Positions 9,857-17,106 of a stretch of DNA of 64,000 nt are shown one piece after another; position 1 is the first letter of the stretch; the number at the start of each line of letters is the position of its first letter. Under the pieces are notes generated by a model, which was not told the origin of the DNA, made no database searches, and worked only from the letters and a program-made list of their open reading frames with translations. The translations under genes were made by a program, and so were the position numbers. Source of the DNA: Eubacteriales bacterium (GTDB taxonomy: Bacteria > Bacillota > Clostridia > Oscillospirales > CAG-272); contig JAZSBL010000040.1 of NCBI GenBank assembly GCA_045602385.1, positions 5,454 to 69,453 of the forward strand, read 5' to 3'.

Positions 9857-11011
9857 GTGTCTGACCGTAAATATGATGTTTCGGCAGTTCCCTGCCGCTC
9901 TTATAATAAGAATGAAGTAAAATCCGCGCTCTCTGCGCTCGTAGACTCGATTGGCGGCCTCGATTGGCTGGAAAAAGGCATGTGCATCGCCATCAAGGCA
10001 AACCTCGTCACCTTCGCAAGGCCCGAAACCGCAACCACAACGCACCCCTCGCTCATCTGTGCGCTCATAGAGCTGCTTTTGGAGCGCGGCGCATCGCGTG
10101 TTATAGTCGGAGATTCCCCCGGAGGGCTATATAACGCCACGTTTTTAAATAAAGTGTATAGCGTGTGCGGACTCTCCGCAGTCGAGGAGTGCGGTGGTGA
10201 GCTCAACCGCAATTTTGGGCAATGCGAAGCTAAATATGAGTCTGCCGCAGTTGCCCATAGCTTTACATATACCGCATATCTCGACGAAGCAGACGCGATA
10301 ATCAACTTCTGCAAGCTAAAAACTCACGGAATGATGGGCATGAGTGCCGCGGCAAAAAATATGTTCGGTGTAATTCCGGGCACAATGAAGCCCGAATATC
10401 ACTTCAGATATCCCAATCCCGCAGATTTTGCCCGTATGATAGTCGATATTGACGAGTATTTTGCGGATAAAATGAAGCTTTGTATCGCCGACGCCATAGT
10501 CGGAATGGAGGGCAACGGCCCCACGCAGGGCACGCCGCGTGAGATTGGCGCGATCCTCGCCTCCCACTCTCCGCACAAGCTCGATATGGTCTGCGCCAAG
10601 ATCATAGGCCTCTCCCCGGATAGCATACCGACACTCGGTGCGGCGCGCGAGCGCGGTCTGATCCCCGACTTGATCGAAGAAATATCGGTCTGCGGCAACA
10701 TAGACACACTGATAATTCCCGATTATAATAACGTAGCAGTCAGAAACAGCCTGCTTTTCGATTCAAAATCAAAGCTTTTCGGCAAGATAGCAAGAAAATG
10801 CCTTGAGGCAAAGCCCAAGGTCAAAAAGAAGGAATGCAAGAGCTGTAAGAAGTGCAAGGAGATCTGCCCAGCACAGGCAATAACCATGAAGGACGGCAAG
10901 CCCGTGATCGACCGCAAAAAGTGTATCAAATGTTTCTGCTGTCAGGAATTTTGCCCCTTCGGCGCAATGAAGGTCAAACGTCCCCTTCCCGCGCGCGTAC
11001 TAAATAAATAA
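9857..11011 (+). CDS. DUF362 domain protein with a C-terminal 2x[4Fe-4S] ferredoxin domain
   Basis: GTG at 9857 lies 8 nt after AGGAGGG. The C-terminus carries CKSCKKCKEICP and CIKCFCCQEFCP cluster motifs. The DUF362 assignment of the N-terminal body is from memory. Confidence 0.7.
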   Translation: MSDRKYDVSAVPCRSYNKNEVKSALSALVDSIGGLDWLEKGMCIAIKANLVTFARPETATTTHPSLICALIELLLERGASRVIVGDSPGGLYNATFLNKVYSVCGLSAVEECGGELNRNFGQCEAKYESAAVAHSFTYTAYLDEADAIINFCKLKTHGMMGMSAAAKNMFGVIPGTMKPEYHFRYPNPADFARMIVDIDEYFADKMKLCIADAIVGMEGNGPTQGTPREIGAILASHSPHKLDMVCAKIIGLSPDSIPTLGAARERGLIPDLIEEISVCGNIDTLIIPDYNNVAVRNSLLFDSKSKLFGKIARKCLEAKPKVKKKECKSCKKCKEICPAQAITMKDGKPVIDRKKCIKCFCCQEFCPFGAMKVKRPLPARVLNK

Positions 11012-11032
11012 GGAAGAGGCGAGGGATGCGAC

Positions 11033-11062
11033 GCAGAAACTTTTTTGAGAAAAAGTTTCCGC
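11033..11062 (+). terminator. AT-rich hairpin after the DUF362 gene (weak terminator candidate)
   Basis: Stem GAAACTTTTT / AAAAAGTTTC with loop TGAG. There is no clear downstream T-run. Confidence 0.35.
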
Positions 11063-11141
11063 ACCTTCAAAAAACTTCATAAGGGCTTCTATTTTAGCCT
11101 AAATCTGCCTATAATGAATTTAGTTATCAGAAACCAGAAAA

Positions 11142-11164
11142 AGCAGGACTTTATTTGTCCTGCT
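11142..11164 (-). terminator. Terminator of the four-helix-bundle gene (the stem overlaps the stop codon)
   Basis: AGCAGGAC-TTTATTT-GTCCTGCT, followed by TTTTTCTGGTTT on the minus strand. Confidence 0.55.
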
Positions 11165-11507
11165 TTAATTTGTTTTCTATAGTAATGCACGATGCAGTAA
11201 GCATTCTCTTTATTCTGCCGCAAAGATTTCTGTGAGTTTTGAACGTCTGCTCGTCTATTACACCCGACGCCAAAATCAGCTTAAGCCAGCTTTCGGTTTC
11301 CGCACATTCTTTGCGCGCGATTTCAAGCTTCGAATGCATATCGGCGAGGCTTTGTGGGTATTGTGCCTCCGTTATATTGGCAAAGACACTTGATGAGGAT
11401 TTCTTTATTTGGAAAATGGTATTAGCATCAACTTTATGTTCGATGCAAAGCTTGGCTATTTGAATAGCCAATTCTTCGCTATATTCTAAAAGCAAATTCC
11501 GCTTCAT
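11151..11507 (-). CDS. Four-helix-bundle protein (23S rRNA intervening-sequence protein / Avd-like family)
   Basis: 118 aa, predicted all-helical, resembling TIGR02436-type proteins (…EYSEELAIQIAKL…IARKECAETESWL…). ATG at 11507 follows AAGGAG, and the longer ORF to 11531 includes that RBS. Confidence 0.65.
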   Translation of the reverse strand: MKRNLLLEYSEELAIQIAKLCIEHKVDANTIFQIKKSSSSVFANITEAQYPQSLADMHSKLEIARKECAETESWLKLILASGVIDEQTFKTHRNLCGRIKRMLTASCITIENKLKQDK

Positions 11508-11533
11508 ATCAATTATTCTCCTTCTTGCCAAAT

Positions 11534-11730
11534 CGCGACGAAGTCGCGTATGGAATCATCCCGTAGGGATGCATGGAATCCGCAACTTGTTGCGGTATGG
11601 AATCGCGGCGAAGTCGCGTATGGAATCAAGCCGACCATGATGCACGCTAGCGCGTGATGCCATTCACGTCTCCGACGTGATTCCATACCGTCGCGTTGCG
11701 ACGAATGCCATGCCAAGCCTGTCGGCTTGG
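11534..11730. repeat. Array of eight short GC-rich hairpins separated by conserved (T/C)ATGGAATC spacers (left half) and GAT(T/G)CCAT spacers (right half)
   Basis: Hairpins lie at 11534-48, 11558-70, 11581-94, 11604-18, 11643-56, 11665-79, 11689-703 and 11713-30. Spacer motifs lie at 11549-57, 11572-80, 11596-604 and 11619-27, with inverted copies at 11656-65, 11679-88 and 11703-11. Confidence 0.8.
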
Positions 11731-11732
11731 AT

Positions 11733-11772
11733 AAAAAAGAGCTAAATCGATAATCGATTTAGCTCTTTTTTT
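11733..11772. terminator. Bidirectional terminator
   Basis: 13-bp stem AGAGCTAAATCGA / TCGATTTAGCTCT with loop TAA, an A-run on the left and a T-run on the right. Confidence 0.7.
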
Positions 11773-11773
11773 C

Positions 11774-11800
11774 TGGTGACCCGTACGGGAATCTGAACCC
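11774..11800 (-). other. Duplicated 3' end of tRNA-Glu (acceptor 3' strand plus T-arm, with one inserted nt); not a complete tRNA
   Basis: TGGTGACCCGTACGGGAATCTGAACCC compared with 11944-11969 TGGTGACCCGTACGGGAATCGAACCC. No matching 5' acceptor strand lies upstream. Confidence 0.75.
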
Positions 11801-11888
11801 TGACGTGCGAAAGTAAAATTTATTCCTTCACCATTCTGCCGCACGTCTAATACCAAGCCGCTTTGCGGCTGGTAGTGGGTTCAGATTC
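11789..11888. ncRNA. Candidate structured element: a three-way junction (12-bp closing stem plus two hairpins) between two terminators
   Basis: P1 pairs 11789-11800 with 11877-11888 (perfect 12 bp). P3 pairs 11802-09 with 11840-47 (8 bp, 30-nt loop). P2 spans 11851-11874 (10 bp, one bulge). No ORF is present. Confidence 0.3.
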
Positions 11889-11910
11889 GGTGAGGGGATT
11901 AGCAAAAAGA

Positions 11911-11937
11911 AAAAGGAGTAGCGATGCTACTCCTTTT
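11911..11937 (-). terminator. Terminator of the tRNA-Met/tRNA-Glu operon (also functional in the + direction)
   Basis: Stem GGAGTAGC / GCTACTCC extended by A/T pairs, with T-runs on both strands. Confidence 0.7.
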
Positions 11938-11943
11938 TCTTTT

Positions 11944-12018
11944 TGGTGACCCGTACGGGAATCGAACCCATGTTACAGCCGTGAAAGGGCCGTGTCTTAA
12001 CCGCTTGACCAACGGGCC
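11944..12018 (-). tRNA. tRNA-Glu (anticodon UUC)
   Basis: The reverse complement GGCCCGTTGGTCAAGCGGTTAAGACACGGCCCTTTCACGGCTGTAACATGGGTTCGATTCCCGTACGGGTCACCA folds as a cloverleaf with anticodon loop CTTTCAC and an encoded CCA. Confidence 0.9.
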
Positions 12019-12047
12019 TTATATTCACTACGGCTGTAATGAATATA

Positions 12048-12124
12048 TGGTAGCGGAAGTCGGACTTGAACCAACGACCATTCGGGTATGAACCGAGCGC
12101 TCTAGCCAACTGAGCTATTCCGCC
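12048..12124 (-). tRNA. tRNA-Met, elongator type (anticodon CAU)
   Basis: The reverse complement GGCGGAATAGCTCAGTTGGCTAGAGCGCTCGGTTCATACCCGAATGGTCGTTGGTTCAAGTCCGACTTCCGCTACCA has anticodon loop TTCATAC and closely resembles Bacillus elongator tRNA-Met. Confidence 0.85.
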
Positions 12125-12168
12125 ATATTTATTCGCCAAAACCTTGCCGTTTTGCCGAACGCTTAGGT

Positions 12169-12197
12169 ATTATATCACATAAATACCGTTTTGTCAA
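12169..12197 (-). promoter_or_regulatory. Sigma-A promoter of the tRNA operon
   Basis: The minus strand reads TTGACA-17 nt-TATAAT, about 40 nt upstream of tRNA-Met. Confidence 0.7.
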
Positions 12198-12246
12198 CAT
12201 GTTTTTTCAAATTTTATAAAAAATTTTTGCGGCGTATAAAACCCGA

Positions 12247-12279
12247 CCTTGGGGCCTTCGTTATATGAAAGCCCCAAGG
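12247..12279 (-). terminator. Terminator after the 1009-aa gene
   Basis: Stem CCTTGGGGC / GCCCCAAGG, followed by TCGGGTTTT on the minus strand. Confidence 0.5.
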
Positions 12280-12286
12280 CTTATTA

Positions 12287-15200
12287 TCAGTATTTTTGGT
12301 TTGAATATACAGGAGTTCCGTTTGCCACCTTTTGGGCGTCCTCTATCACCTTTCGCACAAAGCTGTAAAGCACGTCAAAGTTTCCGTATGCCGCCTCGCT
12401 TGAGGATCCGTTTTCTCCGACCACCTCAATTGTCAGATATGCGCGTCTTTCGCTGTAACGGTAGAATCTGTATACGATCTCCCTCTCGTTGCCCTTAAAA
12501 TCCGATGCCTTTATCGTGATCTTAAGAACACAAGCCTCCTCATTACCCGAAACAAAGTCATCGAGATGGCGGAAGGCATCCTTTTGGGATTCATCAAGAT
12601 CCGCAAGGCCCTCGAACGATGCGGTAAGAAGGTATTTGTATAGCTCTTGGAAGTTCTGCATTGCCGTTGCGGTCTTGGACGACGCGGTAAAGCCCTCGCG
12701 CTCTATCACGTAATCAAGCAGCTTGCCGTTGCATATAACGTCCGATATATATGTCGGATTTGAAAGCACGCTCACTCTGCCGAAATCACCCGTGGCAGTA
12801 TCGACAAGCACGCATATTCCGCCCTCAAGAACGTAATATTCGCACTCGCCCCATACGCCAATGGTGCATTCGGTGCTAAGCAAGCTCTGCCATTCCTTCT
12901 TTACCTTATTGTAAGCCTGCAGCGTGCCGCTCTCCTCGTCATACTGGATATTCTTATCCGTTAAGGGATAGAAGGTATCGGGATATCTTGTCAGATTTCC
13001 GTTTGAGTCGTAAAGCGGAGGGATAGTAACCGCGCGCTCCGCAAGTCTGCTTGTGGTATCATCGGCAAGGTAAACTCCGCAGCTTACTCCGTCAATGATC
13101 ACCCATTCGCCGGTTTTCTTATCAATAAATACGTTCTCCCCCTTCGAGGTAACGAAAAGACTTCCCTCACCCCATGCTCCTCGGCTGTACTTGCCGTACG
13201 TGGCGTCGATCTTTTGGCCGACTGCGGAAGACTTGTTTGCGAAGAACAAGAATCCGTTACGCGTCATGAAATACGGAGATTCGTAGGCCTTTTGTCCTAC
13301 CACTACCTCTCCCTGTCCTATTTGATTTCCGTTAAGATCGGAGCACAGCACCTGCGCCACGAGGACGTACTCTCCGCCGCTGTATATGACGTCATAGTAG
13401 TAATACAGTATCGCATCCGAACTGCCGTCACCGTCGGTATCCACTTGACTTGACTCGGAGAAGATGTAGTTCGTATCGGCTCTCTGACCACCGCTGTAAG
13501 ACACGGGAGTTATGAGATAATCACCCGAATAGAAGGATCTCACCGCCTCGCCCGAGCTCATAAGGACGTATTTGCCCTGCTTATTCTTTTCAATAGTGTA
13601 TTTTTTATCGCCGACATTTATACTTCTTCCGCTCTCGGCAATGTATCCAAGGTATTTGGAGGCGGTGTCCTCAAGCGTGAACTCCGTGCTGAATGCGGGA
13701 GACTCTATAAGTATACTGTCAACGTCGGATATATTCAGTTGGATATAGCTTTGATCATACCAATACGATTCATCCCATTCAAGGAATGCAAAGCTTGATT
13801 CCTTTATAGAGACTATCATATCATAGACCTGCGAATAGGCGTAATATATTCCGCCCTCCTGCCTTGCGCTTATTTCAACGTAATTTTCGACGTATGTCTC
13901 CTCCCCCTTCTCGTTAGTGGTCTTAAAGAAATAGGAAACCACGTACGCGGGATTAAGAAGCCCATATTCATCAAGCTCCTCGTCAGAGGGGGAAAGCTTA
14001 ACGACCTCGGAGAACTCGGTCTGATAGAAGCCTTGCAGCATAAGGTCTACGTTGCCGCCGTTCAAATAATAGCCCGCATTGTATTCCATGTTGGAGAGAT
14101 AAGGCACGTATGCATTCATACTGCCCTGTCTTTCCGAGGTTTCATAAAATGAGAAATCGCACATTTTTCTGCTATACTCAAGGAAAAGCCTTTCATATTC
14201 AGCCATAAATTCCTCACTGCCCGCATCCTCCGCCGTAAATTTCTCGGAGAGTGCAGCATAGATAGCGGTGTAGTCGATATCACGGTATATTATGAAATCC
14301 TTAACGTTAAAATACTCGGCAAGACCCATCTCATAGACAATCTGAGGGGTTACGAAGTTTTCTATCCTTCCGACAAGCAGCTCGTAGCCGTTGAAGCCGT
14401 CGGTAAGAGCGATCGTGGTCAATGTCAGCACGTAAACGGTTTCTCGCGCACTTTGCTCTTTCCCGTTTACGCATCCGCCCTCGTATTTTGCGTAGTATCC
14501 GTCACCCGTAACGGTAACGTCACCCACCAGCACCTTGTGATAATCGCCGTTTTTCGCGGTAATCACGTAATAGGTTGGCGTGTACTCGTATTCCACGGTG
14601 ACCTCGTTGCCGTCGTCATCGGTCTCTACCCTCTCGCGCATCTCCGCGGCAAGTCCGTACTCAGCGTAGTCGACGCGTCCGTCCTCAAGCCTTACGGGAC
14701 TTTCAAGTCGTCTTGACGCGACCGCGGAGCCGCACGTGCTTGCAAATTGGGCAAAGCTAAGTGAGGAATAGGGAGTATCCTCGTGTCCCTCTATAACGAA
14801 TTTGTAGTTTGCATCTCTTAAGAACTTATACGTACCGTTCAGGTTGTGAACCTCAATAGACTCGATTATCTGGGACGGCTCCTTGACCGAATGCTCGTCA
14901 TAGGTCATGCTGTTAAACAATGAAACGTAATAATCATAAAACTGCGTTTCGGTTCCCTCGATTTCCGGGACGACCTTGATCGTAGTCTTGCCGGTCTCTC
15001 CGTCAACGTGCACTATGGTTCCTATCGCGGTAATATAGCATTTTTCATTTTTAAAATCAACCGTTCCGCACACCTCGCCGTCCTTGTAGCAAAGAGCGTA
15101 TACACCGTCTATCTTCTTGACAAGATAAACGTCGCCGTTTATATCCTCAAAGGTGTATATATCGGCAAGATAAAGCACGACTGCAAGCGCAGCAATAAGA

Positions 15201-15316
15201 AGCAGTATAGCCGCCGCGATACATATCGCTGCGATCCTCTGCTTGTGTAGCATATTGCTTCGCTTCACACGCGCAGGCGCGCTCAAGCCTCGGTTGGTTT
15301 CATTTTTTATAGGCAT
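12287..15316 (-). CDS. Large N-terminally anchored extracytoplasmic protein (1009 aa), possibly DUF4340-like given its position after the GldG-like genes
   Basis: A single N-terminal TM (IAAICIAAAILLLIAALAVVLYL) and no catalytic motif that I recognise. It is the last gene of the ABC/GldG operon. The DUF4340 idea rests on gene context only. Confidence 0.6.
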   Translation of the reverse strand: MPIKNETNRGLSAPARVKRSNMLHKQRIAAICIAAAILLLIAALAVVLYLADIYTFEDINGDVYLVKKIDGVYALCYKDGEVCGTVDFKNEKCYITAIGTIVHVDGETGKTTIKVVPEIEGTETQFYDYYVSLFNSMTYDEHSVKEPSQIIESIEVHNLNGTYKFLRDANYKFVIEGHEDTPYSSLSFAQFASTCGSAVASRRLESPVRLEDGRVDYAEYGLAAEMRERVETDDDGNEVTVEYEYTPTYYVITAKNGDYHKVLVGDVTVTGDGYYAKYEGGCVNGKEQSARETVYVLTLTTIALTDGFNGYELLVGRIENFVTPQIVYEMGLAEYFNVKDFIIYRDIDYTAIYAALSEKFTAEDAGSEEFMAEYERLFLEYSRKMCDFSFYETSERQGSMNAYVPYLSNMEYNAGYYLNGGNVDLMLQGFYQTEFSEVVKLSPSDEELDEYGLLNPAYVVSYFFKTTNEKGEETYVENYVEISARQEGGIYYAYSQVYDMIVSIKESSFAFLEWDESYWYDQSYIQLNISDVDSILIESPAFSTEFTLEDTASKYLGYIAESGRSINVGDKKYTIEKNKQGKYVLMSSGEAVRSFYSGDYLITPVSYSGGQRADTNYIFSESSQVDTDGDGSSDAILYYYYDVIYSGGEYVLVAQVLCSDLNGNQIGQGEVVVGQKAYESPYFMTRNGFLFFANKSSAVGQKIDATYGKYSRGAWGEGSLFVTSKGENVFIDKKTGEWVIIDGVSCGVYLADDTTSRLAERAVTIPPLYDSNGNLTRYPDTFYPLTDKNIQYDEESGTLQAYNKVKKEWQSLLSTECTIGVWGECEYYVLEGGICVLVDTATGDFGRVSVLSNPTYISDVICNGKLLDYVIEREGFTASSKTATAMQNFQELYKYLLTASFEGLADLDESQKDAFRHLDDFVSGNEEACVLKITIKASDFKGNEREIVYRFYRYSERRAYLTIEVVGENGSSSEAAYGNFDVLYSFVRKVIEDAQKVANGTPVYSNQKY

Positions 15317-15350
15317 AATTGTAAAATTTTCCTTTTGCTTTTTACTGTTT

Positions 15351-17072
15351 TTATCTCTTCCTGCGTCTGATAACGATAACGCTACCCACGCAAAGAGTTA
15401 TCATTGCGGGTATGACCGTGAGGCATATAAGCCAGGTCGTTGCCTGTGAGGTGAATATGGGATTATTCGCCGCGCCGTCTATATCGTACACGTAAAACGC
15501 CTTGAGATTGATATTCGCCGGAACCGCCTCACCACCCGTTCTTCGAAGAGCGGAAAGAATAACGTCGGTATTTCCGTACGCAGCCGAATCAAGCGCATCG
15601 TTCGACAAAAAGTCCGTTGAGGCCAAGGACAAAACGTAAGAAGAACGGTCAATGCTCGTGTAACTGCTCTCCTGCTTTATTCTTGACTCCTTTGTAACGG
15701 TCATAAGGCCGAAAAGGTCCTCATCCGCCGCTATCTCGTATATCTCTCCGCCGACGTACGCGGATGCGGTATCGTAGCTTGAGAACACGTTTGTTATCAT
15801 ACGGCTGACACCGTTATGATAGTATGAATAGTAGGCATATGCATCAACTCCGTTTTCTACGTCTGCAGGAACGAAATTTTTAACGTAGCTCGCAGAGGGC
15901 TTTATAGCGGTAGGCTTACCGAAAATCACCATTGGCGGATAGCTTTGACGCTGAAGGTCATACGTAAGACCGTCAGAAACGCCCTCCTCGCCATATTTTC
16001 CTACGACAATATCGCCTCTACCCACGTCGGTGCAGTTTTGTGTGTCCCTGACAGCGTAATTTTCACGCTCTCCCGCGCCGTTATCGGCTCTTGCGACAGC
16101 AATTCCCCACTCCGAGAGGTATTCCTCAAGATTTTTATGCTGAGGGGTCTCTCTTGAGCAAATATAGAAAAACGCATTGGACCCCTCAAGATATCTGTCA
16201 AGCTTGTCTATCTCGCTGACACCGTTCTCACCAAGCGACCCGTAAGCCTTAAAATCGCTTTGCGGATCGAACGTTATCATCATTCTGCAATTTTCGGGGA
16301 TCTCGTCCTTTTCAAGATCAAGATACACAATATCGTATCCCGCGCCGCCAATAAGCTTTATAAAGGTGGAATATTCCTCACGCACCTTACCATCAGCATC
16401 AAAAAGGCTCTCTCCGTGGTTTGTTGTGATAGCGCAAATAGGAGATTCCGCTCTGGTAAGCGCAAGAATCATAGCGGAAAGCTTCTGCTCGCCGTTGTAT
16501 GCCCAAGCGTAATCCTTGCCGTCATCCTGATAATAAAACGAGCTTGAGCTGTGAACGAGATATTCGCTTCCAAACTCTACGATAACGTCGTTTTCATATA
16601 TCGTGGATGCGGATGTAGTCTTAAATTTTTGTACGGAAGAGGGGTTTTGTCTTATATTTTCATACCGCACGTCAACATATTCGGAGAATTTCTTTTCAAG
16701 TGAGCGCGCAGTTATGCTGATATAGCGCATTTTCTCGTCGCCCTCTATAATATCCTTATCCGAGCAAAAAATTATATTGACCTTGATCGGCTCCTCTCCG
16801 CGTACCGCCCTGTTCTCATTAACAGTCTTGATCATCGGAATGACCTCTGTGCTTATAAGGGCTTCGCAGGATTCGGAAAGCGTATACATCGTGGACTCTC
16901 CGTCAGCGTATCTCACCTCGGACATATCCACATACCAGAGTCCGGCGTCTGCCAAAAGCGTGAACACCAAGCCAAATATTATTACCAAAACCGTCACATG
17001 CGCGGTCACAAGCGTTATTCTCTTTCCGCTTTTCGCACGCGTGGACTTTGTTTCCTCTGCTCTGTCCATCAT
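15351..17072 (-). CDS. GldG-like ABC-transporter auxiliary protein, paralog 2 (573 aa)
   Basis: N-terminal TM plus a C-terminal TM ending in RRRKR, with a large extracytoplasmic body. The topology and operon position are typical of the GldG family. AGGAGG RBS. Confidence 0.6.
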   Translation of the reverse strand: MMDRAEETKSTRAKSGKRITLVTAHVTVLVIIFGLVFTLLADAGLWYVDMSEVRYADGESTMYTLSESCEALISTEVIPMIKTVNENRAVRGEEPIKVNIIFCSDKDIIEGDEKMRYISITARSLEKKFSEYVDVRYENIRQNPSSVQKFKTTSASTIYENDVIVEFGSEYLVHSSSSFYYQDDGKDYAWAYNGEQKLSAMILALTRAESPICAITTNHGESLFDADGKVREEYSTFIKLIGGAGYDIVYLDLEKDEIPENCRMMITFDPQSDFKAYGSLGENGVSEIDKLDRYLEGSNAFFYICSRETPQHKNLEEYLSEWGIAVARADNGAGERENYAVRDTQNCTDVGRGDIVVGKYGEEGVSDGLTYDLQRQSYPPMVIFGKPTAIKPSASYVKNFVPADVENGVDAYAYYSYYHNGVSRMITNVFSSYDTASAYVGGEIYEIAADEDLFGLMTVTKESRIKQESSYTSIDRSSYVLSLASTDFLSNDALDSAAYGNTDVILSALRRTGGEAVPANINLKAFYVYDIDGAANNPIFTSQATTWLICLTVIPAMITLCVGSVIVIRRRKR

Positions 17073-17106
17073 CAGCCTACGCCTCCTCTCTGTAAAAATA
17101 CTTTGC

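Noticed and set aside
11151-11507. Diversity-generating retroelement (the four-helix-bundle protein as Avd)
   Set aside because: No reverse transcriptase gene and no template/variable repeat pair anywhere in the window, and the neighbouring genes are not DGR-type targets.
11534-11730. Possible CRISPR array, because of regularly spaced repeats
   Set aside because: The conserved unit is only 9-10 nt and the spacers are 13-15 nt self-complementary hairpins. Half of the array is inverted, and no cas genes or leader are present.
11513-12139. ORFs of 67, 69 and 70 aa on the minus strand
   Set aside because: They run through the hairpin array, the junction element and the two tRNA genes, so they are not coding.
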